Positions 15,881 through 25,180 are shown, counted from the stretch's first letter. The stretch: DNA of 25,321 bases from Candidatus Jordarchaeia archaeon (GCA_029856435.1 JAHQXB010000172.1:1-25321), one strand, 5' to 3'. Notes: a model not told the origin generated them from the sequence alone. Translations and numbers: made by a program.

Positions 15881-17174
15881 TGCCTAGGATATCCATAGCA
15901 GCGAGTGCATAAACTTTCGTGGCTTCAATCAGACCCTCTATTGGTACATATTCGTTAATTCCGTGGCCAGTTTCGGAGCCTGCACCGTAAAGAACTGTTG
16001 GGATGCCTTTAGCTCGAAAGAATCGGGCGTCCGTACCTCCAGTATGCACGAATAATGACGGTTCTCTTCCAGTTACCTTTTTTATAACATTTTTCACCAG
16101 CGGAACTAGAGGTGCATCTAGTTTTTGGTAGGAGGGTTCAAATCTAAGTGTTTCTTCCACTGTTATTCCCTCTATTCCCGCAGACTTTAGATTTGGATAT
16201 GTTTTCTCCAAAGTTCTGTTGAAGTCTATTCGGATTTTGTTAATTTCCTCTTTAACTAAGTCATAGTCCATTCCAGGTAGGATTCTTATATCCACTTCCC
16301 CCTCCGCATTGGCTGGAACGATATTCACCTTTTCGCCTCCCCTAATCATACCCACATTTACAGATAATCTTTTGTACATTTTGTTAATTAACTCCCTAGG
16401 AAATCCTAGGGCCTCCAGCTGTTTCAAGGTGGGTTGTATCGCATCTATTATCCTATTGACATCTTCGGGAAGTGTCCTATCCACCTGCTCAATTTTGTAT
16501 AACTCAGAGCAGAACTGGCACAGCAGATCTATAGCGTTAACACCTAGGAATTTCACACTGGCATGAGCAGGTATTCCTCTGGCCTTCACGCTCAGCCATA
16601 ATATACCCTTCTCACCCACGCACAGTGTATTAAAGGGGGAGAATTCGCCCACAATGCAGGCGTCACCCTTCAAAACACCTTTATCCACAAGGAAACCAGA
16701 ACCCAAATATCCGCCAGTCTCCTCATCAGGAACCAAAGCCAGAACCAGATCCCCCATAAGACCCACATCCTTCTCAGCCAGAACCGAAGCAGCCACCATA
16801 GCAGCTCCAACATTGCCTTTCATATCTGCAGCCCCTCTACCAATAATACGCGAATCAACCACTTTCCCTTCCCAAGGATCAGCGATCCAAGATTCAGGAT
16901 TAGATACTGGCACCACGTCCACATGACCATCCCAAATAAATCTTCGCTTACCCCGCCCCTTCAACGTTCCCACCACACTCACCTTACCTTTTTGTGATTC
17001 GTAGAGATTAACGCTCAAGCCACAATCAGATAGATAATCCTTTATAAAACCCGCAATTTCGATAGTATCTCCGGGAGGATTCACAGTCTTATAACAAATC
17101 AGCTCCTGAACCAGTTTAACTATATCATCTCTTCTCGAATCAATTTCCTTCAAAACCACATCCATAATATTCAA
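15873..17174 (-). CDS. M20-family metallopeptidase/deacylase (ArgE/DapE-like)
   Basis: WDGHVDVV, GRGAADMKG, DEETGG, VGEF, GIPAHAS, GGEKVNIVP, GGTDARFF and GHGINEYV. Start moved to TTG 17174 with SD GAGGTGA 5 nt upstream (ATG 17165 is the alternative). Confidence 0.92.
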   Translation of the reverse strand: MNIMDVVLKEIDSRRDDIVKLVQELICYKTVNPPGDTIEIAGFIKDYLSDCGLSVNLYESQKGKVSVVGTLKGRGKRRFIWDGHVDVVPVSNPESWIADPWEGKVVDSRIIGRGAADMKGNVGAAMVAASVLAEKDVGLMGDLVLALVPDEETGGYLGSGFLVDKGVLKGDACIVGEFSPFNTLCVGEKGILWLSVKARGIPAHASVKFLGVNAIDLLCQFCSELYKIEQVDRTLPEDVNRIIDAIQPTLKQLEALGFPRELINKMYKRLSVNVGMIRGGEKVNIVPANAEGEVDIRILPGMDYDLVKEEINKIRIDFNRTLEKTYPNLKSAGIEGITVEETLRFEPSYQKLDAPLVPLVKNVIKKVTGREPSLFVHTGGTDARFFRAKGIPTVLYGAGSETGHGINEYVPIEGLIEATKVYALAAMDILGTT

Positions 17175-17653
17175 TTGCCTCACCTCAAAAACGCCAACAT
17201 AACAACTTAACAAGCCAAACAATAATATTTTTTATCTTAATGCTTCAGCCCTTAGGATAACAGGAAAATAAAGCTATCTAAAAAAGTCCTTCGACAAAAC
17301 TCTAAACTAATTAATTATAATCAATCTTCCCCAAAAATCGCGCTATTGATTTTTATGAGAACTCAAAAAGGCTCCCCAGATTAGGCTCCTACAGTAATCC
17401 TCGGCTGCAAATCCAGATATCTGAAACCCAAAAATTGCTAATAGTAGCCTTAAAGGCTGCTCTTGTAAAACTTTCGGTGCAACTCACTATTCCGAAAAGA
17501 CTTAGCTTTTATCGCCCACCATATATGGAGGGGAACCTGTATTGCGTCGCTTTTTCAATCACTACTTTTTGGTTTGAGTTCTCCAAACACCCAAATCAGG
17601 ATTCACCCCCGAAAATTAAGCCCACTCTATGTTGAAAAGTTACGAGGGGCAAA

Positions 17654-17760
17654 GTGGACACTCCCGCGACTAAAAGTCAGGGGCTTTCCCGCCAACAGCC
17701 TTGTAGGGGGAGTTTAATGGCTTGTTTAAGGCTTGATTTTCTTAGGTTTCGTTTCCTTAT
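17654..17760 (-). mobile_element. IS200/IS605-like right-end remnant, possibly with a vestigial tnpB 3' tail
   Basis: The minus strand reads GGGAAAGCCCCTGACTTTTAGTCGCGGGAGTGTCCAC (17690->17654), matching the right-end consensus. An upstream frame reads RKRNLRKSSLKQAIKLPLQGCWRESP*, which loosely recalls TnpB C-termini ending in ESP. Confidence 0.55.
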
Positions 17761-17856
17761 TTTGGAAAGCTTAATATAGAACTTTCTAGACTTAATAATA
17801 TTTATATGTATTTATAAAATATAAATAGTATATTTTGTAAGGATGAGGTATGAGTT

Positions 17857-18066
17857 ATGCCTGTATGGAAAATGATTGAACTTGTGGGGATATCTGAGAA
17901 GTCTTGGGAGGACGCCGTCAAAAACGCAGTAGTTGAAGCCACAAAAACCCTGCGAAACATAACAAGAGTCTCAGTTGAAGAATTCGACTGCAAAATAGAA
18001 AACGACAAAGTAGCAGCCTATAGAGCCAGAATAAAAATAATCTTCGAAGTAGAGCGTCCAGAGTAA
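17857..18066 (+). CDS. Dodecin (flavin/nucleotide-binding)
   Basis: VWKMIELVGISEKSWEDAVKNAV..A.KTLRNIT...V......ENDKV..YRARIKI.FEV matches the dodecin signature. SD GAGGT upstream. Confidence 0.92.
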   Translation: MPVWKMIELVGISEKSWEDAVKNAVVEATKTLRNITRVSVEEFDCKIENDKVAAYRARIKIIFEVERPE

Positions 18067-18120
18067 ACAAGATAAAGGACTTAACCATTCCTCCCTTTTT
18101 TTAAATTCTTACGAGTTTAC

Positions 18121-19386
18121 TTATTCGCTTGTTCCTTTTTCAACGATTTTTACGTTTTCTGGTTTTTCTTGGAGGGTTTTGTTGTTTTTTCCTCTTAGGT
18201 GTAGGTGGCAAATTATTGCGGCTATGAAGCCCACCACTCCCCAGAGATAAAATATGCTGTTGATTCCAAGGTTGTCCACGAAAAGGCCAGATATTAGGGG
18301 GCCTCCCACCATTCCTATTCCCATAGCAGTATCGTAAAGGCTTAAGACAGTAGCCATGCCGTGCTTTCTTCCCGCCTCCGTTCCCAAGGCTAAGGCGGGA
18401 GCTTCGGCGGCAGCCGAGAAAATTGGAGCGAGAATAACCAGCGGTAATACGCCCTCCAGACTGGGAACGAACGGCATCGCAAAGAGTAGAGCCGCCCCAA
18501 CGCTCATACCCATAATGGTAAGTTTTGTTCTGTCGAATCGGTCTGAGGCCACACCCATGAGTGGTTGAAGTAGGGCTCCCAATAGTAGAAATATGGCGAG
18601 GATTATTCCGACCTGGGTGGCTGAGGCTGCAAATTTTGATGTCAGAAAAATTGGTAGGAAGGATACTAAAGCGTTTCTTGAAAGACCCACACTTGTTCTG
18701 TAAGTCATTATACCCTTCACGTGGGGATCTTTCCATGCATTTCTCACTGATGGTTTAACACCAGTCGTGGAAACGGCTCTTTTCTCTAGTGTTGAGCTAA
18801 GATTTCTTTTTATGTCCTCAAGGTTTGGAAGAAAAATGATGACAAGTGCTAGGGCTATTGCGCTTAGAGCGGCCATAGTGTAAAAGGCTGAGGCTGCACT
18901 ATAATTGTCAAACATCCAACCACCTATAAAGGGCCCCACTCCAAATCCCACCATAAGTGAGGTCATGAATGTGTTCATATAGGTTCCCTCTTTTCCCTTT
19001 GGGGTTAAGTCTCCTACGTAAGCTTGGGAAACTGGTAGAACCATAGCGGAGGTGAAGCCGTTGGCGAAGCGTATCATTGTGAGGAGGACCACGTTATTGG
19101 CTATGATGTAGCCTAGGCCGGTGAGGGCGTAGCCCAGCAGTCCGACTATTAGAAAATTTTTTCTTCCCCTCACGTCAGAAATGCGCCCCACTATGGGGCT
19201 TGCAATTGTTCTAGAAAGCCCGAATCCTGAGAATATTAAGCCAATCCAGATACCAGAGGCCGCTAGGTTTTGTTCCGCGTAGAGTGGCAGTATGGGTGCA
19301 ACTATACCGATTCCAAGCATTGAGGTAAACACGGCAATGAATAGGATAGTAAAGATGATTCTCGGGGGTAGGCTACGTTTTAGCAA
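18121..19386 (-). CDS. Major facilitator superfamily transporter (DHA1-like)
   Basis: About 12 hydrophobic segments. Motif A GRISDVRGRK is repeated as GVASDRFDR; also GFGVGPFIGG and GMVGGPLISG. Confidence 0.93.
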   Translation of the reverse strand: MLKRSLPPRIIFTILFIAVFTSMLGIGIVAPILPLYAEQNLAASGIWIGLIFSGFGLSRTIASPIVGRISDVRGRKNFLIVGLLGYALTGLGYIIANNVVLLTMIRFANGFTSAMVLPVSQAYVGDLTPKGKEGTYMNTFMTSLMVGFGVGPFIGGWMFDNYSAASAFYTMAALSAIALALVIIFLPNLEDIKRNLSSTLEKRAVSTTGVKPSVRNAWKDPHVKGIMTYRTSVGLSRNALVSFLPIFLTSKFAASATQVGIILAIFLLLGALLQPLMGVASDRFDRTKLTIMGMSVGAALLFAMPFVPSLEGVLPLVILAPIFSAAAEAPALALGTEAGRKHGMATVLSLYDTAMGIGMVGGPLISGLFVDNLGINSIFYLWGVVGFIAAIICHLHLRGKNNKTLQEKPENVKIVEKGTSE

Positions 19387-19538
19387 TTAGTATCACTAAC
19401 CTAGGAGCACTGAAAAATTAATCAGTTAGACCTAGACTTTGAGTGATACTTAACTTTTTTGGTTCCCTAATTCGGTTGGCTGAGCGGACTGTTTGTTCTG
19501 TTGGTTTAGATGTGGAGCTAGGTTGATTTTTTATTGCT

Positions 19539-19805
19539 GCAAAGACCTAGAACATGGTATGACATTGAAAACGCTTATCGCAAAGCGGAGTACGTGTCCG
19601 AAGTTAACATTGACAAAGGTATTGGATGCGGCGAATGTGTAAAACGCTGCCAGTTCGGAGCAATCAGTCTAGGAAAAGACAAACACACACGCGCGTGGAT
19701 TCCAAATTATGCTTCAGATGTGGACTTTGCAGGATGGCCTGTGAACAAAACACCATCAAGCTTACAGATAGGAATACTCATCCTCTATCTAGAAAAATCT
19801 GGTAG
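19539..19805 (+). pseudogene. C-terminal fragment of a 2x[4Fe-4S] dicluster protein (gene A), inverted and frameshifted
   Basis: YRKAEYVSEVNIDKGIGCGECVKRCQFGAI (first Cys is Gly). After a frameshift in ACACACACGCGCG (~19683-19695) it continues VDSKLCFRCGLCRMACEQNTIKL...* (TAG 19803-19805). It has no credible start or SD. Confidence 0.8.
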
Positions 19806-19816
19806 AGGCTCTAAGA

Positions 19817-20058
19817 ATGGGCAAATTCGAATGCAACCCTCAAAAATGCTATCTACCTCATAATCCTTCAGAGAATCGACCCAAGTGCTTAAAATGCTTA
19901 AACCTATGTCCACACTCCTTACTAATGTTTAAACCCACAAAAGAAAAAGTGAAGATGGAGTACCCATAAGGTATGAAATCTATTTAATCTTCAAAGCCTA
20001 CGCGGACAAGTACTGTCCACAATGCCTAAAATGCGTTAATAACTGTCCCAACCAAGCA
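19817..20058 (+). pseudogene. Small ferredoxin (gene B), frameshifted and truncated by the inversion
   Basis: MGKFECNPQKCYLPHNPSENRPKCLKCLNLCPHSLLMFKPTKEK. After a 1-nt shift at A5 19944-19948 it continues SEDGVPIRYEIYLIFKAYADKYCPQCLKCVNNCPNQA. The expected AIK ending is found on the minus strand at ~19537 and below. Confidence 0.75.
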
Positions 20059-20059
20059 G

Positions 20060-20628
20060 TGGCGCAGTTACAGATGCAGATAGACTGAGGCGTTCCACAC
20101 CACCAGAATACCGCGTGCACAAAGCCTTTTCGTCGAATTATTGTAGCTTTTCCCTCGCTTCTTTGGGGCTTAGTCCTTTTTTCCTTCCAACATCTGGTTG
20201 CCTTCCTAATTATTTTGGTGATGGGGACGTAGTTTAGGCACTTGTACTCGTCCTGCCCTTTAAAGAGTCTCTTACACATACAGGAATAGAGAGCATGGTC
20301 ATGATCAAATCCACTATTTTTTTAAAGCACCTTCCAATGGAACCACCTGAGCTGTATGGTCGCAGATGGCGACATAGTTCTCGTACATCCTAACTAGACG
20401 ACCTACAAACGGAAGGCTTGATCAGTTAACCTCGTCCATCATCTTTGAAATGTGGGTGGAGTGCCAAGCAGATTCAGAAACCGTCTTTGCGTCTCTAACC
20501 TTCCTAGGTTCCCTTCCCAGAATTCGGTCTAGTAATGAGAGCTTGTAGAAAAACTCTTCAGAGAACCCTTTAGGATTCAGATAAATTCACCATAACCTTG
20601 AGCTTGCATCTTTACAGAACTTGCACAA
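20060..20628 (-). pseudogene. N-terminal two-thirds of the 4Fe-4S dicluster protein (gene A), with several frameshifts/stops
   Basis: Pieces across frames: TTG-CKFC (20628), YLNPKGFSEEF, LPFVGRLV...HTAQVVPLEGALK, DHALYSCMCKR...KCL, KGFVHAVFWWCGTPQSICICNC. This is the usual order upstream of KAEYV..V....CIGCG.C in this ferredoxin-like family (from my recall, not a search). Confidence 0.7.
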
Positions 20629-20781
20629 TATCTCTGCATCCTTATAAAATTGGATTAACTAGAAATAATAGGTTCATATTTTTGAACTTTTAGTTTTAAA
20701 CTTTTGACGAAAAAGATTAAAGCCAGAGGAAACCTCCATAAAACAAAAAAATTGTAAGCTGTATGTTTGAGGTGGTTTCAT

Positions 20782-21603
20782 TTGATCATTGACACGCACA
20801 GTCAGCTCTGGAATGAGGAAGCCTTCAAGGCTATGCCTGAACATATGAAGGCAGGCTATCTAGCTGTTTTCGGATCAGATTTTGAGGGGCCCAAGCTTGA
20901 AGATGAAATAAGGGATATGGATGAGGCGGGAGTTGATAAAGCAGTCATAGTGGCGATAGATGCGGAAACCGTGTGGGGATACAAGGTTTCAAACGAGCTT
21001 GTCGCAAAGGCGGTAAGCCAGTATCCAGATAGGCTAATAGGATTCGCGGGAGTGGATCCCCACAAGGGTGTTTTAGCAGTAAGAGAACTTGAGAGGGCAG
21101 TTAAAGATTTGGAGTTAAAGGGCCTCAAACTGTTGCCCCACCTTCTTGAACTTTATCCCAATGATAAGGAGATGTATCCAGTCTATGAAAAAGCCCAAGA
21201 GCTAGGCATACCCGTGCTCTTCCACACCGGAACCCAATTCCACTCCGGAACACGCATAAAGTACTGTCAACCTCTATACATTGATGATGTAGCAGTGGAC
21301 TTCCCCAACCTGAAAATTGTTATCGCCCACTTCGGGTTCCCATGGTTCTACGAAGCCATAGCTGTTTGTCAGAGGAATCCCAACGTCTACATTAATTTAG
21401 CTGGGTGGGCTCCCAGACACATACCGGAACCCGTAATAAGCTACATTAATGGACCTCTGAGAAACAAGGCACTTTTCGGCTCAGACTACCCACTTCTACC
21501 TCGAAAAAGGATAGTGCAAGAACTGAAACAACTCCCATTCAAGGAAGGCATACTAACAAAACTATTCGAAGAAAATCCAAAAAGACTTCTGGGAATCAGT
21601 TAA
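20782..21603 (+). CDS. Amidohydrolase_2 family metal-dependent hydrolase
   Basis: IIDTHSQ, GVDKAVIV, YPDRLIGFAGVDP, GLKLLPH, PVLFHTG, IVIAHFG and LFGSDYP. Start moved to TTG 20782 with SD GAGGTGG 6 nt upstream. Confidence 0.92.
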   Translation: MIIDTHSQLWNEEAFKAMPEHMKAGYLAVFGSDFEGPKLEDEIRDMDEAGVDKAVIVAIDAETVWGYKVSNELVAKAVSQYPDRLIGFAGVDPHKGVLAVRELERAVKDLELKGLKLLPHLLELYPNDKEMYPVYEKAQELGIPVLFHTGTQFHSGTRIKYCQPLYIDDVAVDFPNLKIVIAHFGFPWFYEAIAVCQRNPNVYINLAGWAPRHIPEPVISYINGPLRNKALFGSDYPLLPRKRIVQELKQLPFKEGILTKLFEENPKRLLGIS

Positions 21604-21812
21604 AGGAGTTATAAACCTTCACATTCTCTTTTTTAAGTTCTACTAATTTATTGGTTTTCTTTTTTCGAGTGAATTAATGTTTTCTGGAATATGCCTTTTA
21701 TTGGAAAAACTTCCATTAGGGGTATGTGAAATAAAAATTTGACCTTTTTGTAGGTGTCCTCAGTGGAGTTAAAGAAGTGAACCTATATTTGTGGATAAGT
21801 CAATTGAGTTTG

Positions 21813-22988
21813 CTAAATTATTTCCTCTCTTAGGCTTCGAGTTATTTCTTCGGTTTCGATTATTTTAATCTTTCTTTTTACCATTTCTTTTAGAAATTCT
21901 CGAGCGTCCAGACACCCTTCAGGTGGTTGTACTCCTTGACTTGTAGCTTTTCCATTAGCGATCATCTGTACAGCGGCGGAGGCTGCGGCTGCGGTTGTTG
22001 TGGCGAAGCTGGCCAGTCCATCATAGGTGTATTTTACTGGTTCGCCTTTTCTCTTTCCCGTGATGATAAGTTTTGCGGCGGAAGCGGTGGGAGCCTCTTT
22101 TTCTATCATTTCCTTAATTTCTTGGGGATAGGCGTGCTGCGAGAATGTTAGCGAAACAGCAAAATCTAGTGGAACTATTGATACTCCCTTAACACTGACC
22201 GGCTGCTTGCTTACAAATCCGGATTTGCTCAGTTTTCTGAAAACCTCATCAAGCCATACGGGAAGGGTTGCCCCCTTAATGTTCACATTCCTCACACCTT
22301 TAATGTAGCGGGGTAGTGTAAGGGGTTCCGGGTGCCCTAAGCTGTAAACCTCCACTTCTCCGATGGGTTCTATGAACTTTACAACTTCTTTTTCGGTGCC
22401 AGCCTCGATGTACTTTATTTTTCCATTACGGAACATAGGAATCTTCCCACTTAGAGAGTGCAGAATATGGTAGTTTGCTGCAGGACCCCCGGTGTCGCGG
22501 ACACTCACAGCCCAGGCAATTAAGATATCCTCCACTTCGTCCATTTTGCTTGCTGCGTACTTGGCAGTCATATTGCTGAGCCCGGGGCTTGCGCCACAGC
22601 CTATACAGGCGGTTATCCCCGCCTTTTTGGCTTGGGCGTCGTGTTTGAAGGCTTCTTCTGCAGCGTCAAAATCGTCGCAAATGTCTACGAGGTTGACCCC
22701 TGCTTCTATGGCGGCTTTAACAACCTTTTCGCAGTACTCATAAAAGGGGCCAATGTTGCTGGAAACCGCATCTGCTCCTGAAATGACTTCATTTAAAAGC
22801 TTAGGTTCATTAGCGTCCACAAATTGTGCGGTAATCTCAACGCCCGATTTCTTATATTTTTCAACCACTTTCTGGGCAGCGCTCAGATTTAAATCCGCAA
22901 CTACAATTTCCTCAACACCACTCTTAACCAAATCCTCTACCACGGCGGAGCCTATTATTCCAGCTCCACCCAGAACAACAATAAGCAT
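21813..22988 (-). CDS. Saccharopine dehydrogenase-like NAD(P)-dependent oxidoreductase
   Basis: Rossmann VLGGAGIIG...VADL, IGPFYEY, AAIEAGVNLVDICDD, GCGASPGLSN and HPEPLTLP. Confidence 0.88.
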   Translation of the reverse strand: MLIVVLGGAGIIGSAVVEDLVKSGVEEIVVADLNLSAAQKVVEKYKKSGVEITAQFVDANEPKLLNEVISGADAVSSNIGPFYEYCEKVVKAAIEAGVNLVDICDDFDAAEEAFKHDAQAKKAGITACIGCGASPGLSNMTAKYAASKMDEVEDILIAWAVSVRDTGGPAANYHILHSLSGKIPMFRNGKIKYIEAGTEKEVVKFIEPIGEVEVYSLGHPEPLTLPRYIKGVRNVNIKGATLPVWLDEVFRKLSKSGFVSKQPVSVKGVSIVPLDFAVSLTFSQHAYPQEIKEMIEKEAPTASAAKLIITGKRKGEPVKYTYDGLASFATTTAAAASAAVQMIANGKATSQGVQPPEGCLDAREFLKEMVKRKIKIIETEEITRSLREEII

Positions 22989-23135
22989 ATAATCGCCACT
23001 CCAAAACTATTTGCTAATTTAATGTCTTTGTAGGAAACCAACTTATACCTTTCTAATACTTGATGCATAAATAATGAATTTTCGATTTTCCTCCAGAAAA
23101 ATAGAATAAAACAGTTTGTCTATCTTTAAAACATA

Positions 23136-23312
23136 GGCACAATTAACTAGGCGTTACCTATCGTGTGCATGTTCGGAGAGAGCTCTAAGCCCCCTATGGG
23201 GGCATGCTCGCAGTTGTTCCCAGGGTGAAAAACGCCCAAATAAGCCCAGGAGAAGGGTGTTTGAGCCGAAAAACGTATAGCGCATGATAGGTGCCACTCA
23301 GCTAACAGTGCC
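23136..23312. mobile_element. 177-bp MITE with GGCAC terminal inverted repeats and an 8-bp target-site duplication
   Basis: AAAACATA at 23128-23135 and 23313-23320 exactly flanks GGCAC...GTGCC. TIRs GGCACAATTAACTAGG vs GGCACTGTTAGCTGAG match 11/16. The right TIR begins GGCACTGTT like IS26 (IS6 family, 8-bp TSD). Confidence 0.75.
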
Positions 23313-23481
23313 AAAACATAGACCAACAGGTTTAAGCTTAAACCCTATTCAGGCTCTGCATTTCAGCGATATAAAAGTTTTGGGCAAAATTCAAAAGCTG
23401 TACCTTTAGCTTTATAAATGATCGATTCATACATCGTAACCTTGTTGCTGAAGAATAGTGTTGACGCAGGAGTGATTTGCT

Positions 23482-23898
23482 ATGGAGAAACCAAAACTAA
23501 TGGATCTTAAGGTTTTTGCGTATGAAAAAATTTGTGCTGATGATTACCCAGAGAATGTCCATGTATATGTTGAGGCGGAATGCGATAACTGCGGATTAGT
23601 GCCTTTTCATGTGGCTGTGGAGCACTGGAATGGAGACTCCCCAGTTGCCTTTCACGGAATTATTCGGCTACAGTGTTCACTGTGCGGGCGGGAAAAGGCG
23701 TACCTATCAGTACTGGAGGATGGCGGCAAGCCCAATTATAATGAGCAGTACAAGTGCAAATGTGACAGCCCCACCTTCTACATTGCAAGCTGCGATAGAA
23801 TGGAGAAAATAGAAGACGCCAACGTTTTCAGTGAAGGAGTTGTTGTAGGAAAGTGCAGCAATTGTGGAGCATTACAAGTGATTGCTATGACTGGCTAA
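23482..23898 (+). CDS. Hypothetical multi-Cys zinc-ribbon-like protein
   Basis: SD GGAGTGA upstream of the ATG. Motifs CDNC, CSLC, CKCD...C and CSNC in 138 aa. Confidence 0.8.
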   Translation: MEKPKLMDLKVFAYEKICADDYPENVHVYVEAECDNCGLVPFHVAVEHWNGDSPVAFHGIIRLQCSLCGREKAYLSVLEDGGKPNYNEQYKCKCDSPTFYIASCDRMEKIEDANVFSEGVVVGKCSNCGALQVIAMTG

Positions 23899-24628
23899 AC
23901 AAGCAATTACTAAAGTTACTCTTTATCACTCCACCGGTTTTTCCCCTATTTGGAAACCCTCTCTAATCCCTCAGTTTACACAAACTTGGTTTACTCCTCC
24001 AAACTTAATTGTTCGGCCCGAGAAGGAGAAGCACAACTACCCGCAGTTCTGCGCTTTTAGCCGACTTTATCTGGGAGTTCTGGACTGGTGATTAATGTGA
24101 CTGTTTCTTCGGCCCAGTGTTCGCTGAAGGCTTATTTTTAATGCTAAAATTAGTGGTTTGTACCTCTTTTCCTGATGCTTGTGGTAAAGCTTGAGGAGAT
24201 GTGTGGTTTTGTGATTATCAAACTAGTTCTTGATATTCTCGTTTATGGTTAAGTTGGATTTCCGCTCTTAGTAGTTGTTGCAGAACAAATTTAAAATAAA
24301 CCTCCTCGATAAGTATCTTTGAAAATAAGGTTTTTTCAAATTTTGTTACTTGTCCCACAACCTATCCCATATGGGGTTTTTGGACAATCCACTCCAAAAT
24401 CCTGTATGTTTAATAAACACTCCCGAGTAATGGCTTCATGTGGTACCCTGTCCTTTTTACCATGTCTTGGCAATCTCTCCAGCCTCAATTTTATAAATGA
24501 TGGCGTTAAAAAAAAGGGAATACCCCTTTTTCCCCAAAGACCGCTACAAAAACACACCCCACAGAAGGGAGTGCCCCCCCTAAACATATAGCGAAATCCT
24601 TTAGTTTGGAAAATTATTGAATCTATGT

Positions 24629-24994
24629 ATGGCACAAGTGAAAAGAATCGATTATGGGGATGGCTGTGGAAATAAGTATGTTTTGAAATTAGAAGAAGGA
24701 AAGGCAATAGTTAAATATGAACCTATGACGATCGAGAGGAGTTCTAGTGGTTTCTATTCAGGTGGCGAACCATTTGAAAAAGATATAGAAATTAAATTGT
24801 TTAACCAAATTGCGGAGATTGCTATGCAAGCTATAAAAACCAAATCATCTCATATAGATAAAAGAATCATGGGTTCTGGAATACTCACAATTGAAATTAA
24901 CAACTCAAAACAAAAAGCAATTCTTGCTCCCGATTCTAAAATTAAGGAAAATCTTGAAAAACTTCTTGGTGAAACAAAACCAAAAAATCCTTAA
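24629..24994 (+). CDS. Hypothetical protein
   Basis: 121-aa ORF from ATG 24629 (GDGCGNKY...SSSGFYSGGEP...RIMGSG) with globular composition and T-runs after the stop. No family recognised. Confidence 0.75.
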   Translation: MAQVKRIDYGDGCGNKYVLKLEEGKAIVKYEPMTIERSSSGFYSGGEPFEKDIEIKLFNQIAEIAMQAIKTKSSHIDKRIMGSGILTIEINNSKQKAILAPDSKIKENLEKLLGETKPKNP

Positions 24995-25122
24995 TTTTTG
25001 CAGAACAAAGGAAAATTACCCTGCAAAAAACATTTTGGTTCTAAAAACTTCTATTCTTTAACCTATCTCGACAATGTTAAATTTGGTTTATATCTATTTT
25101 CAGTATTTGAAAATTAGTGTTT

Positions 25123-25165
25123 GGGTAGGCGATACCCTTAAGTAGGATTAAGGGCACACCTACCC
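25123..25165 (+). other. Two-stem hairpin in the leader of the last gene
   Basis: GGGTAGG/CCTACCC outer stem, 5x4 internal loop, CCCTTAA/TTAAGGG inner stem and GTAGGA loop. Confidence 0.7.
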
Positions 25166-25180
25166 TCTTGGTGACCAAAA

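Noticed and set aside
19534-19863. 109-aa ORF as an intact ferredoxin
   Set aside because: The second Cys cluster is in another frame, the first motif lacks a Cys, and the start lies at the inversion breakpoint.
23222-23231. AGGGTGAAAA shared between the MITE and the putative guide at 13363-13372 as a TnpB target
   Set aside because: Only 10 nt match and they fall outside the 5' seed of the putative guide; likely chance.
23136-23312. 5S rRNA, SRP RNA, cobalamin/Moco/lysine riboswitch, group II intron D5 or integron attC
   Set aside because: Only scattered short resemblances were seen (TAAGCCC, GGTGAAA, GAGCCG). The order of conserved elements does not fit, the GTT/AAC orientation is opposite to attC, and TIR plus TSD explain the boundaries better.
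23900-24310. Possible decayed gene on the minus strand
   Set aside because: Only short open stretches with no recognisable motif.
24336-24707. 123-aa minus ORF and 90-aa plus ORF at 24319-24591
   Set aside because: They are mutually overlapping, and one overlaps the better gene at 24629. A ~45-aa TTG-started sub-ORF (PRHGKKDRVPHE...CPKTPYGIGCG) after a TATA-like box is possible but unsupported.
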